Below, in pieces: positions 1 to 9,571 of a stretch of DNA of 64,000 bases. Position 1 is the first letter of the stretch, and each line of letters starts with the position of its first letter. The translations under genes and the position numbers were made by a program. The DNA is from Polyangiales bacterium (GTDB taxonomy: Bacteria; Myxococcota_A; Polyangia; Polyangiales; Polyangiaceae): assembly GCA_038231275.1 (NCBI GenBank), contig JBBRLQ010000014.1, positions 162,274 through 226,273 on the forward strand, read 5' to 3'. The notes under the pieces were generated by a model, which saw only the letters and a list, made by a program, of their open reading frames with translations, had not been told where the DNA came from and ran no database searches.

Positions 1-1
1 C

Positions 2-742
2 GTCCTCGACGCGGGCACCGGTCTGCGCCGGCTCGGCGAGTCACTGATGGGCGAGATGGCGGAGACGAAGCGCCCGCTCGATCTCCACCTGCTCTTGAGC
101 CACTTCCACTGGGACCACATCCAGGGTCTGCCGTTCTTCGTTCCGGCGTACGTGCCGACGACGAAGCTCTCCATCTGGGGCGCGCCGAACGGGATCATGT
201 CGATCGGAGAGACGCTGGCGCACCAGATGATGGGGCCGGTCTTTCCGGTGCGCCTCGACGAGCTCTCCGCGAAGCTCGATCTGCACGAGGTCCGTCAGGG
301 GCAGTCGTTCGAGATCGGCGACGTGAAGGTCCGCGCGGCGAAGCTGAATCATCCGGGCGGCGTGCAGGCGTACCGGATCGATCACGACGGCCACAGCGTC
401 GTGTACGCGACCGACACCGAGCACTACGCGTGCCTCGATCCGCAGCTCGTTGCGCTCGCGAAGGGGGCCGACGTCCTCATTTACGACTCGCAGTACACCG
501 AGGAGGAGTACGCGAAGAAGGTCGGCTGGGGCCACTCCACCTACGTCCGCGGCTGCGAGCTGGCGTCGGCGGCCGGCGTTGGGCAATACGTGCTGTTCCA
601 TCACGACCCGTCGCGCACCGACGCGAAGGTGGCGGAGCTGGAGGGGCGGGCGCAGGAGCTGTTTCCGTCGGCCCTGGCGGCCCGGGAGGGGCTCCGCATC
701 GAGCTGCCCGGTCGATCGGGGTCGGGTCTCGTCGCGGCGTGA
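2..742 (+). CDS. MBL-fold metallo-hydrolase (phosphodiesterase/RNase Z-like); 5' end outside window
   Basis: Frame open from position 2 (VLDAGTG); HFHWDH metal motif, HPGG, DTEH, D-x-QY, GHS and FHH motifs. Confidence 0.85.
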   Translation, partial: VLDAGTGLRRLGESLMGEMAETKRPLDLHLLLSHFHWDHIQGLPFFVPAYVPTTKLSIWGAPNGIMSIGETLAHQMMGPVFPVRLDELSAKLDLHEVRQGQSFEIGDVKVRAAKLNHPGGVQAYRIDHDGHSVVYATDTEHYACLDPQLVALAKGADVLIYDSQYTEEEYAKKVGWGHSTYVRGCELASAAGVGQYVLFHHDPSRTDAKVAELEGRAQELFPSALAAREGLRIELPGRSGSGLVAA

Positions 743-771
743 CGGAGGCCGCGCAACACTTTACGCTCGGG

Positions 772-2241
772 ATGACGATGTCGTCCCGCCTCTCGCTCCT
801 CGTCGATCTCGCCAGCCTGCTCACGCGCGAGGTCGATTTCGACGCGCTCCTCTCGAACGCGTGCGAACGCCTGGCGTCTGCGCTCCGGTGCGAGCGCGCG
901 ACGATCTGGCTCGTCGACGCCGAGGAGGGGGATCTGGTCGCGAGGGTCGCGGTTCTCCCGGAGCTACCGGCGCTTCGTCAGCCGATCGATCGCGGCGTGG
1001 CCGGCCACGTCGCGCGCACCGGAGAGGTCGTGCGCACGGACGAAGCGCAGAAGGACGCGCGCTTCGATCGCAGCGTCGATCTGGTCACCGGGTACACGAC
1101 GCGCTCGATGCTGGTGGCGCCGATCCGCGAGGACGGGCGGTCTCCGCTCCGCGGCGTCGTCCAGCTCCTGAACCGCATCGGCGGCTCCTTCGACGAGGAC
1201 GACGAGAAGTACCTGGTGGCCCTCGGCACGCAGCTCGCGCGCGCGTTGGCGATGACGACGCTCCGCGCGGCGCACGCCGAGGGGCCGGGCGTCACCTTGC
1301 GCGGTCCGTTCAACCGCATCATCGGCCGCAGCGCGAAGCTCGCCGCCGTGTACGAGCGCATCGCCCTCGCCGCGCAGACCGACGCGCAGGTGCTCCTCCG
1401 GGGCGAGACCGGCACCGGCAAGGGGCTCTTCGCGCGCGCCATCCACGTGAACAGCGCTCGCCAAGCGGGCCCGTTCGTCACCGTCGACTGCACCACGTTG
1501 CCTCCGCAGCTCGTCGAGAGCGAGCTCTTCGGCCATGAACGCGGCGCGTTCACCGGCGCCGATCGCCGCGTGCCCGGGAAGGTGGAGCTCGCGGAGGGAG
1601 GCACCCTCTTCCTCGACGAGGTCGGCGATCTGCCCCCGGACATCCAGGGAAAGCTCCTCCGCTTCTTGCAAGAGCGCGTTTTCGAGCGCGTCGGTGGGCG
1701 CACGCCGCTCCGGGCGAACGTGCGCGTCGTATGCGCGACGCACCAGGACCTCGAGAAGGCGGTCCGCGAGCACACCTTCCGCGAGGACCTCTATTACCGC
1801 GTACGCGTCGTCGAGATCGAGCTGCCGCCGCTTCGCGCGCGCGGGCCCGACGAGGTCGAGCAGCTCGCTCGCCACTTCGCGGACATGTACGCCAAGCGCT
1901 ACGGCCGCCCCGAGCCGACGTTCGAGGCCGAGGCCCTCGCACGAATGCGCGCGCACAGGTGGCCTGGCAACGTGCGCGAGCTGGAGCACTGGGTGGAGAG
2001 CGCGATCGTTCTCGCCGCCGACGGATACGTGCGCGTCCAGCACCTCCCCACCGATCGCGGCAAAGACGCTCCCGCGGGAGGTGAAGACGCCGAAGTCGCG
2101 TTGCCGCTCGGCCTTCCGCTCGAAGAAGCGTCGCGCCGGTACGTCGAGGCCACGGTGAGCGCATGCGGCGGAAACAAGGCCGAGGCCGCGCGCCGCCTCC
2201 ACGTCGGCCGCAACACGATCGGCCGGACCCTCAAGAGCTGA
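772..2241 (+). CDS. GAF-domain sigma54-dependent enhancer-binding protein
   Basis: N-terminal GAF; GETGTGKG Walker A, ESELFGHERGAFTGA, WPGNVREL, C-terminal Fis-type HTH; alternative start GTG 739 overlaps the upstream stop. Confidence 0.9.
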   Translation: MTMSSRLSLLVDLASLLTREVDFDALLSNACERLASALRCERATIWLVDAEEGDLVARVAVLPELPALRQPIDRGVAGHVARTGEVVRTDEAQKDARFDRSVDLVTGYTTRSMLVAPIREDGRSPLRGVVQLLNRIGGSFDEDDEKYLVALGTQLARALAMTTLRAAHAEGPGVTLRGPFNRIIGRSAKLAAVYERIALAAQTDAQVLLRGETGTGKGLFARAIHVNSARQAGPFVTVDCTTLPPQLVESELFGHERGAFTGADRRVPGKVELAEGGTLFLDEVGDLPPDIQGKLLRFLQERVFERVGGRTPLRANVRVVCATHQDLEKAVREHTFREDLYYRVRVVEIELPPLRARGPDEVEQLARHFADMYAKRYGRPEPTFEAEALARMRAHRWPGNVRELEHWVESAIVLAADGYVRVQHLPTDRGKDAPAGGEDAEVALPLGLPLEEASRRYVEATVSACGGNKAEAARRLHVGRNTIGRTLKS

Positions 2242-2310
2242 CGTCGCCGGGCGCGCCCCGCCGTACCCGCGGGTGACGGAGCGCCGCGCCTTTGCTAGGG
2301 TGCCGACGAC

Positions 2311-3255
2311 ATGCCCTTCACCCGCCAGGAAGTCCGCGCGCTCTACGACACGCCGCTCCTCGCCCTCGTCGACGAGGCGCGCTCCGTCCACAAGAAGAAC
2401 CACGTGGACGACGAGGTGCAGCTCTGCACCCTCCTCAGCGTGAAGACCGGCGGCTGCCAGGAGGACTGCGCGTACTGCCCGCAGTCGAGCCACTACGAGA
2501 CGAACGTGGAGGCCGAGAAGATCCTCGACGTGCGCACCGTCGTCGCCCACGCGCGCCGCGCGAAAGAGCTCGGGTCGACGCGTTTCTGCATGGGGTGGGC
2601 GTGGCGCGAGGTGAAGGACGGCCCGGCGTTCGAGAACATGCTCGAGATCGTGAAGGGCGTGAAAGAGGTCGGCATCGAGGCGTGCGTAACCGCCGGCATG
2701 CTCACCGAGGCGCAGGCCAAGCGCCTCGGCGCCGCCGGCCTCGACGCGTACAACCACAACCTCGACACGAGCCGCGAGAATTACCGGTCGATCATCAAGA
2801 CGCGCACCTTCGACGATCGCCTCCAGACGCTCCAGAACGTGCGCTCCGCCGGCGTCACGATTTGCTCGGGCGGCATCATCGGGATGGGCGAGAGCGTGGA
2901 CGATCGCTGCGAGATGCTCCGAACGCTGGCCAACCTCGAACCGCAACCCGAGAGCGTACCCATCAACGCCCTGGTGCCCGTCGAGGGGACGCCGCTCGGT
3001 CACATGCCGCCCGTCGATCCGCTCGATCTCGTCCGCATGATCGCGGTCGCGCGCGTGCTCATGCCCAAGACGCGTGTTCGCCTGTCGGCGGGCCGCACTT
3101 CGCTCACGCGCGAGGCGCAGATGCTGTGCTTGATGGCAGGCGCGAACTCGATCTTCTACGGCGAGAAGCTCCTCACGACGCCGAACCCCGACGAAGAGGA
3201 AGATCTCTCCCTCCTCCGCGCCGCAGGTCTCCGCGCGATGGCGCCGGCGCCCTAG
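2311..3255 (+). CDS. bioB: Biotin synthase
   Basis: Radical [40 protein letters not shown]. Confidence 0.97.
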   Translation: MPFTRQEVRALYDTPLLALVDEARSVHKKNHVDDEVQLCTLLSVKTGGCQEDCAYCPQSSHYETNVEAEKILDVRTVVAHARRAKELGSTRFCMGWAWREVKDGPAFENMLEIVKGVKEVGIEACVTAGMLTEAQAKRLGAAGLDAYNHNLDTSRENYRSIIKTRTFDDRLQTLQNVRSAGVTICSGGIIGMGESVDDRCEMLRTLANLEPQPESVPINALVPVEGTPLGHMPPVDPLDLVRMIAVARVLMPKTRVRLSAGRTSLTREAQMLCLMAGANSIFYGEKLLTTPNPDEEEDLSLLRAAGLRAMAPAP

Positions 3256-3258
3256 ACT

Positions 3259-3513
3259 TCAGCCGTCCGGGCGCGCGATGTCGGGGCCGGCGTCGAACGG
3301 CGGGTTCGTGTCGCGCACGGACGTGTCGGTCGGCGGCGCGTTCGTGTCGTCGGGCGTCGCGGTGTCGGGCGTCTCGAGGACGGTGCCGTCGCCTCCGCCC
3401 GGCGGGAACAGACGACGGCCGCCGCCTTGGTAGTCGGTCGACGCCGAGCAGCCGTACGACAAGAGCATCGCGAAGCCGAGCGCGAGGATCACGAACACGA
3501 GGCGCCGCGTCAT
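3259..3513 (-). CDS. Small lipoprotein, unknown function
   Basis: MTRR + hydrophobic stretch + SYGC lipobox; ATGA overlap with upstream gene. Confidence 0.6.
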   Translation of the reverse strand: MTRRLVFVILALGFAMLLSYGCSASTDYQGGGRRLFPPGGGDGTVLETPDTATPDDTNAPPTDTSVRDTNPPFDAGPDIARPDG

Positions 3514-4085
3514 CCGCACACCCAGAGGCCCGTGTCGGGGGAGCAGGTGCAGTTGACGGTCGCGTCGGCCGACGGGCACACGGTGCTCGGCGGATAGAAG
3601 CCGGCGCACCGGTAGCCGCCGGCCGCGGGGTAAACCGGACACTTCGGCATCTGGATGACGAACGGCGCGGTGGCCTTCACGACGCCGTCGACCGAGACCT
3701 CGCAGACGAACGCGCCTTGCGGCCAGGGATCGGCGTTCTCGGCGGTGACGAGGTTGGGGTTGCCGGCGTGCGCGAGGGAGAAGACGAGGCTCTTGGTGTC
3801 CTTGCTCGCAGGCAGCTCGCCGATCTGGAACGTGATCGCCTCGCCCTTGCCGTCGCCCGCCTGCGTTTGCCGCACCGTTGCGAACACGGTGAGCCCATCG
3901 CGCGAGCCCTTCATCTGGGCGATGCAGTTGATGTTCTCGGTGTCCGTGAAGAACGTCGTGCGCTTTCGCTCGCCGGTGTCGAGCGCCATGAATGCGTCGA
4001 CCGTGGGACCCGAGCCACAGGCGGTCGCGATGCTCATCGCGATGGCGCAGAGCGGCGGGACGAGGAGAAAGAGGCCGCGTGCCAT
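3510..4085 (-). CDS. Cys-rich lipoprotein, unknown function
   Basis: Signal peptide with ATAC lipobox; Cys-rich C-terminus. Confidence 0.7.
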   Translation of the reverse strand: MARGLFLLVPPLCAIAMSIATACGSGPTVDAFMALDTGERKRTTFFTDTENINCIAQMKGSRDGLTVFATVRQTQAGDGKGEAITFQIGELPASKDTKSLVFSLAHAGNPNLVTAENADPWPQGAFVCEVSVDGVVKATAPFVIQMPKCPVYPAAGGYRCAGFYPPSTVCPSADATVNCTCSPDTGLWVCG

Positions 4086-4150
4086 GTCTGCCCCTGAGCG
4101 TGCCAGGCTTCTTTACGCGCGGTCAAGGTCCGGCGGCGAAAAGGGGCGTT

Positions 4151-5632
4151 TCACAGTGCGCCGAGGCCGCTCTTCTCGAGTACGAGGATCGAGAAAACAC
4201 GGGCGACGCGGCCTCCGCGGCGGATCGTGACGGTGCGCCCGGCGACCGGCGTGCGATCGGGGAACATCCGCGCCGGATCGACGTCGAAGCGCGTGTCGGT
4301 GACGAAGACGACGGTCTCGGCCTTCTTCCACGCGTCGCGCGGGCGCCAGCGATCGAAGTCGTCGGGCACCGGCGTCGCGCAGCCGACCGGGACCCTCGGG
4401 CCGAGCGCGGCGTGGAGCTGCGCGCACACGATCCAGTGAGGGCCCACGACGACGACGTCCTCCGCGCCGCTTGGAAGAGGAATGCTCCGAACCTCGCGCA
4501 CCACATCAGGCCAGCCGTAGAGCTCGGTCGCGAGATCGAGACGCGTGTCGAACGACTCGGGCAGCGCACGCACGAGCGGCGGAACGAGGACCCATGCGTG
4601 CGCCGCCGCGGTCATCGCGAGGCCCGTCGCCAGCGCAGCGACGCCGAGACGACGGCGGATCGGCACAAGGGATGGCGCGCGCGCCCACGCGATCGGGAGC
4701 GCGAGGAGGGGCGGCGCGAGCCAGTGCGGCTCGGCGACGCGGCTCCACACCGCGAGCGGCAATAGGATCGCGAGCGGCAGGAGGAACGACCACGCGAGGA
4801 GGCGGCTCACCGCGTCGTCGTCGCGCGATCGCCAGAGCGCGCGCCCGACGACGATGCCGAGCCACGCGAGGAGCGGGGACACGTAGGCGAGCTGACCGAA
4901 GAGGAGCCCTCCGAGGTTTCGCCACGACACGCCCGCGCCTTCTTGGGTGTCGACGAGGCGGTGACGGAGCATCGGCCATCCGGCGCTCGCCTCGAAGCTC
5001 ACCACCGGAAGGACGATCACGAGCCCGAGCGCGAGGCCTGCCCATGGCCACACCGTTCGCGCGTGCGCCCGCGTGTGGCGGCTCGCCAGTGTAAGCGCGA
5101 GCGCGAGGACGAGCGGCACGGCGGTGACCTTCGCGGTGGCGCCGGCGCCTGCCAAGAGCCCCGCACCGAGGAGCGAGATGGCCGCGCGCGTCGAGGTCGC
5201 CGGGGCGCGCAGGCCAAACGCTGCCATCGCGAGCGCGCCGAGCCACGCGAACGCGAGGAGGAGATCGGGCGTGAGCCCGAAGAGACCCACCGCGATCTCC
5301 GGTGCGGCCACGAACGCGAGCCCCGCGATCGCCGCGCGCTCCCATGACGCGCCGGCCGCGCGCGCCGCGAGGACGCCGAGCCACGGGACGAGCGTGGCCG
5401 CGAACGCCGTGAAAAAATGCGCGGCGGAGGGCGTCGGCGCACCGCCACCTCCCAACGCGCGCGCGACGACGCCGATCAGCCCTGGATGATCGAGGTACGC
5501 CGGCTGCGGGTGGAGCGCGTAGCAGGCATAGAGCGCCTCGCTGTCGCCGAACCCCACGCGACCGGCCGCGTACAGCCGTACGGCGAGCAGCGCCAGCGAC
5601 AGCGCGCCGAGCACCCGGAGCGGCGACCTCAC
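4151..5632 (-). CDS. GT-C membrane glycosyltransferase (ArnT/PMT-like)
   Basis: DSEALY...YLDHP luminal motif, TPD, many TM helices; GTG 5632 overlaps lpxB stop. Confidence 0.8.
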   Translation of the reverse strand: MRSPLRVLGALSLALLAVRLYAAGRVGFGDSEALYACYALHPQPAYLDHPGLIGVVARALGGGGAPTPSAAHFFTAFAATLVPWLGVLAARAAGASWERAAIAGLAFVAAPEIAVGLFGLTPDLLLAFAWLGALAMAAFGLRAPATSTRAAISLLGAGLLAGAGATAKVTAVPLVLALALTLASRHTRAHARTVWPWAGLALGLVIVLPVVSFEASAGWPMLRHRLVDTQEGAGVSWRNLGGLLFGQLAYVSPLLAWLGIVVGRALWRSRDDDAVSRLLAWSFLLPLAILLPLAVWSRVAEPHWLAPPLLALPIAWARAPSLVPIRRRLGVAALATGLAMTAAAHAWVLVPPLVRALPESFDTRLDLATELYGWPDVVREVRSIPLPSGAEDVVVVGPHWIVCAQLHAALGPRVPVGCATPVPDDFDRWRPRDAWKKAETVVFVTDTRFDVDPARMFPDRTPVAGRTVTIRRGGRVARVFSILVLEKSGLGAL

Positions 5633-6771
5633 GAGTCCCCGAGCCACGGGCGGAGCATGCGCGCCACCTCGCTCGAGGGACTCCTCCGAGGCCCCAAGAT
5701 GCCTTCGACCTCGGCGCACGCGCGGAGCATCTCTTCGCGTGTCTCGAGCACCTCGCCCAGCGTGCTGGCGAGCCGTGAGACCGTGAGCTCGCGCTGTACG
5801 AGCTCGGGGAAGGCGCGGCGGCCGAGCAGCACGTTGGGCAGCGCAACGTGCTCGGTCGTCAGGAAGCGACGCGCGGCGAGCTCGGTCAAGAGGCCCACTT
5901 TGTAGGTGACGATCGGGATCGCGCGGGCGAGGGCCGCTTCGAGCGCCGCGGTGCCCGACGCGCAGAGCGACGCGTCGAACGCGCGGAGGACCGTTTGCGC
6001 GCCGCCCGCGGGGTCCACGGTCGCCGTTTCGACGCGAAGGGTGCGCGCTTGCGTCACCGCCCACGCGCGCGTGTCGTCGTCGAGGCTCGGCGCGAGGAGG
6101 ATGCGCGCGTCGACGCTCGCGCGCTCGCGCCGCACGAGCTCGTAGGCCTCGAGCATCGGCCGAAGGAGCTTTCGGACCTCGTGCGGCCGGCTCCCCGGCA
6201 AGATCGCGACCGCCCACGCGTACGGCGTGAGCCCCAGCTTCTCGCGCGCGGCGGCGCGATCGAGCCCGGGGTCTTCCATCGCAGGGTGACCGACGTAGTG
6301 CGCGTCCACGCCTTGCTCTCTCCAGAGCGCTTCTTCGAAGGGCAGGATGACCGCCATTCGATCGATGTCACGCCGTAACGTGCGCGCGCGAGATGCGCGC
6401 CACGCCCAGATTTGCGGGGCGATGTACCAGAGCACGCGGACGCCAGCGTCGTGGAGGGCGTGGGCGATACGCGCGTTGAACTCGGTGTAGTTGACCAGCA
6501 ACGCTGCGCGCGGCTTCCTCCGGCGCGCCTCTCCGAGAACGCCGGCGAGCGCGGTGCCGATCGAGAGCGCGCGCGCCGCGACCTCGCCGACGCCGAGCGC
6601 GGTGCTGGCGCGCAGATCGAACGCGAGCGTAGCGCCCGCAGCGGCGAGCGCCGCGCCGCCGAGCCCGAACGCGCGCGCACCCCCGAGCGCGCGGACGACT
6701 CCGGCGGCGGCGCGATCTCCGGAGGCTTCGCCTGCCACGACGAGGAGCTCGCCGCCGCTCGTCCCCGTCAC
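5629..6771 (-). CDS. lpxB: Lipid-A-disaccharide synthase
   Basis: AGEASGD, YIAPQIWAWR, ILPFE, YVGHP, LPGSR, SGTAALE, ALPN, PELVQ. Confidence 0.95.
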   Translation of the reverse strand: MTGTSGGELLVVAGEASGDRAAAGVVRALGGARAFGLGGAALAAAGATLAFDLRASTALGVGEVAARALSIGTALAGVLGEARRRKPRAALLVNYTEFNARIAHALHDAGVRVLWYIAPQIWAWRASRARTLRRDIDRMAVILPFEEALWREQGVDAHYVGHPAMEDPGLDRAAAREKLGLTPYAWAVAILPGSRPHEVRKLLRPMLEAYELVRRERASVDARILLAPSLDDDTRAWAVTQARTLRVETATVDPAGGAQTVLRAFDASLCASGTAALEAALARAIPIVTYKVGLLTELAARRFLTTEHVALPNVLLGRRAFPELVQRELTVSRLASTLGEVLETREEMLRACAEVEGILGPRRSPSSEVARMLRPWLGDS

Positions 6772-7928
6772 GGAGGCGGTCCTTCCAGCGCGCGGAGGAT
6801 CTCGGCGCCGTACCGCGCGACGCGGAACTCACCGACGCCCGGCGTCCGGGCGAGCTCCTCGGGCGTGCGCGGCGACTCTTCGGCGAGGTCCTTCACGCAG
6901 TGCCCTGGCAAGACGACCTGCTCGTCGACGCCGCGCGCCTTTGCGGCCTCTCGCCGCCACGCCATCACGCGCGTCTCTCTCGCGCGTTGAGCCTTCGCGA
7001 TCGCGGGCGCGAGGCGCGGGCGCTCGAGCATCATCCGCTCTTCCTCGGGAATCGGCCCGTCGTCGAGTCCCTCGCCTACCGCGCGCAGCATCGGCTCGGC
7101 CAGCGCCCCTGCGCGGGGGCCTTGCGTCGCGCCGCGCACGCGGACAAGCTCGTCGATCGTGCGGGGCTTGGCCTTCGCGACCGCGAGGAGCACGTCGTTG
7201 CCGAGCACTTTGTACGGGGGCACGTCGAGGCGCGCCGACTCACGCTCACGCAGCGCCGCCACGCGCCGGAGCACCGGCAAATCCGCAGGCGGCACGCGAT
7301 CGACGCCTTTGATGCGCACGTACGGCGGCCGCGGATCAGGCGTCGCCGCCGACGCCTGCGCGGTTCCCAGGCGGTAGCGCGTCTCCTCCTCGATCTCCTC
7401 GGTGATGCCGGCCGTCGTCGCGGCGCCCCACAATGCGTCGTCGAGCGCCTCGAGGTGGAGGACGTCCGACGCGAGGTAGGCGAGCGCCGCCGCGTCGAAC
7501 GGTCGCCGTCTCCAGTCGTGATGCTGCATCGACTTGTCGACGGTGACGCCGAGCTCGCTCGAGAGAAGCGCGCCGAGGCCGGTGGCCGCCTTTCCCAGCA
7601 TGCGCGCGGTGAGCGAGGTGTCGTGGCACCGCCCCAGCGCGACGCCGACCTCCGCGAGCATGCGCGCGTCGAACGCGACGTCGTGCACGACCTTGATCGG
7701 CCCGCGCTCGCCGAGCAGCTCCTTCAGCGCGTCGAGCTTCGCGGTCAGCCCGTCGACGATCGTGACCTCGGTGCCGCCCGCGAGCTGGATGACGCAGACC
7801 GACGCGCGGTAGGCGAAGAGTCCGTTGGACTCGAGGTCGAACGCGATGCGATCGTGCACGGCGAGGCGCGACGCGGCGTCGGCCACGTCCGCGTCGCGGA
7901 TCGCGAGGATCGCCGGACCGTTCGCCAT
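6768..7928 (-). CDS. rnd: Ribonuclease D (DEDD exonuclease with two HRDC domains)
   Basis: FDLE, H-x-x-x-FD, DT, DWRRRP, YLASDV; HRDC repeats. Confidence 0.88.
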   Translation of the reverse strand: MANGPAILAIRDADVADAASRLAVHDRIAFDLESNGLFAYRASVCVIQLAGGTEVTIVDGLTAKLDALKELLGERGPIKVVHDVAFDARMLAEVGVALGRCHDTSLTARMLGKAATGLGALLSSELGVTVDKSMQHHDWRRRPFDAAALAYLASDVLHLEALDDALWGAATTAGITEEIEEETRYRLGTAQASAATPDPRPPYVRIKGVDRVPPADLPVLRRVAALRERESARLDVPPYKVLGNDVLLAVAKAKPRTIDELVRVRGATQGPRAGALAEPMLRAVGEGLDDGPIPEEERMMLERPRLAPAIAKAQRARETRVMAWRREAAKARGVDEQVVLPGHCVKDLAEESPRTPEELARTPGVGEFRVARYGAEILRALEGPPP

Positions 7929-8878
7929 CAGCGCGCGCGCGATCGCCTACGCCGCAAGATCAGGACCGCGCCGAGGGCGCTCGCGAGCGCGAAGGCCCGG
8001 GACGCGCTGCCCTCGCCGGCCTCGCCCGCCGCGATCGGCGCGATCGCGTTGCCGGTGCAGCCCTTCTTCACCTGCGGCGCGCACTGCGTCGTGAAGCCGT
8101 GGCGCGGCGTCGGATCGCACGCGTCCTCGGGGAACGACGTGCTGCCTGCGAGCGTGCGCTGCCCACTAGGCAGGTAGACCGAGCAGATGCCCGCGACGTC
8201 GTCGCTCGTGAGGTTGCGCATCGCCGTCGAGCCCGGCTGGTAGTGCGCGAACATCGTCGCGTGGGAGTCGCCGGAGTGCGCGAGGCCCAGGAAATGCCCG
8301 GTCTCGTGCGTCACGATGCTGGCGAAATCGTAGCCGTCGCTAGGGATCGGATCGGCGTTCGCGACGCGCTGCTGGAAGGTGTTCACCTCCATGTCCGCGT
8401 CGTAAATCTCGCCGGTGTCGGGGTTGAACGTCACCGTCGTGAGGGCCAGGGTGTTGTTGACGTCGTTGTGAGGCCAGCTGTCGTCGCGGAAGACGATGAC
8501 GTGCTGGTTGCCGAAATCTTGGTTGTACTGGACGATGTTGCAGTCGACCGGTCCGAGATCGCGCACGTCGATGCTCGCGCGCGATGTCGATGTGCCGTCG
8601 GTCGGGCAGGTCGCGCTCGTCCACCGCGTGAAGGCGCGCGTGATCGCCTGCGACGCGTCGTCGTACGAGAGCTGACGGCTTGCGTCGCGCTGAATGCTGT
8701 AGCCGACGCACGCGTTGCGCCAAAAGAGGGGGTGCCCCTGGTCCCAGCACTGATCGATGCGCGGCTGGAAATCGGCGGGGACGCTGATCGTGGTCGTTCG
8801 GCAGAACGCGCCCGCGCTCGCCGTCACGAAGAGGCAGGTGAGGAGCGACGCCGCGAACGCTACGTCACTTCGACGCAT
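7928..8878 (-). CDS. Matrixin-family zinc metalloprotease with MYXO-CTERM-like tail
   Basis: Signal peptide; HETGHFLGLAH + Met-turn (ATMF); C-terminal GC, hydrophobic helix, RRRR. Confidence 0.88.
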   Translation of the reverse strand: MRRSDVAFAASLLTCLFVTASAGAFCRTTTISVPADFQPRIDQCWDQGHPLFWRNACVGYSIQRDASRQLSYDDASQAITRAFTRWTSATCPTDGTSTSRASIDVRDLGPVDCNIVQYNQDFGNQHVIVFRDDSWPHNDVNNTLALTTVTFNPDTGEIYDADMEVNTFQQRVANADPIPSDGYDFASIVTHETGHFLGLAHSGDSHATMFAHYQPGSTAMRNLTSDDVAGICSVYLPSGQRTLAGSTSFPEDACDPTPRHGFTTQCAPQVKKGCTGNAIAPIAAGEAGEGSASRAFALASALGAVLILRRRRSRAR

Positions 8879-9512
8879 GCAGGCGCTTCCACGCCGTGGA
8901 GATGTCGCGGATGCCGTCGTCGAGCTTCTTGTTGTGCAGGGCCTCGTGCGCGAGCATCGGGCTCGCGGGGGCGAGGGCCGGTGAGACGGGCGCGTTGGCA
9001 GGGTTGGTTGCGTTGGTCGCGGCCGCCGGCTTCGGCGGGAGCAGCACACCGACGGCGCTGCTGCGCGCGAGGCGCGGGGTCTTGGTCTCGTCGAGCGTCA
9101 CCGCGAACTGACCTTGCGCACGCGCGGTGACCTCCATCGTGCCGGCCGTGCCGGCGCGGAGAAAGAGGAGGGAAGGGCGCCCCGTCGTGAGGACCGGCTC
9201 ACCGTCCACCAGCTGGCCTATGTGCCCCACCACGCCACCGAGCGTTCGGATCCACGCCTCGCTGCCCGTCGCGAGCTCGCCCGCCACGGCTTGGTCGGCG
9301 CGAACGCGGGTGTAGGTGTAAATCCGGCCGTCCTCCCAGACGCTTCTCTGCTCGACCGGAGTCACCAGCGCCACTGCGCTGCTCTCCCGCACGAGGGCGT
9401 CGAAGGCGACCGCAATGGACACGGATGCCTGCGCATCGGTCGCAATCATGGCGCCGAGGGGAAGGGAAAGGAACAAGGACGCGGCGAGGACCGCCGTTCG
9501 CGGAAAGCGCAT
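8865..9512 (-). CDS. Secreted protein, unknown function
   Basis: Signal peptide (AQA-S); overlaps start of the matrixin gene. Confidence 0.7.
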   Translation of the reverse strand: MRFPRTAVLAASLFLSLPLGAMIATDAQASVSIAVAFDALVRESSAVALVTPVEQRSVWEDGRIYTYTRVRADQAVAGELATGSEAWIRTLGGVVGHIGQLVDGEPVLTTGRPSLLFLRAGTAGTMEVTARAQGQFAVTLDETKTPRLARSSAVGVLLPPKPAAATNATNPANAPVSPALAPASPMLAHEALHNKKLDDGIRDISTAWKRLHASK

Positions 9513-9571
9513 CGCACGCAGAGTGTAGCACATGCAGCGAGGCGGGGCCTGAGCTACCGTGAGGCACGGTC

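Noticed and set aside
2..742. MBL-fold gene as an antibiotic-resistance beta-lactamase
   Set aside because: Motifs (DTEH, D-x-QY, GHS, FHH) fit the phosphodiesterase/RNase Z-like branch
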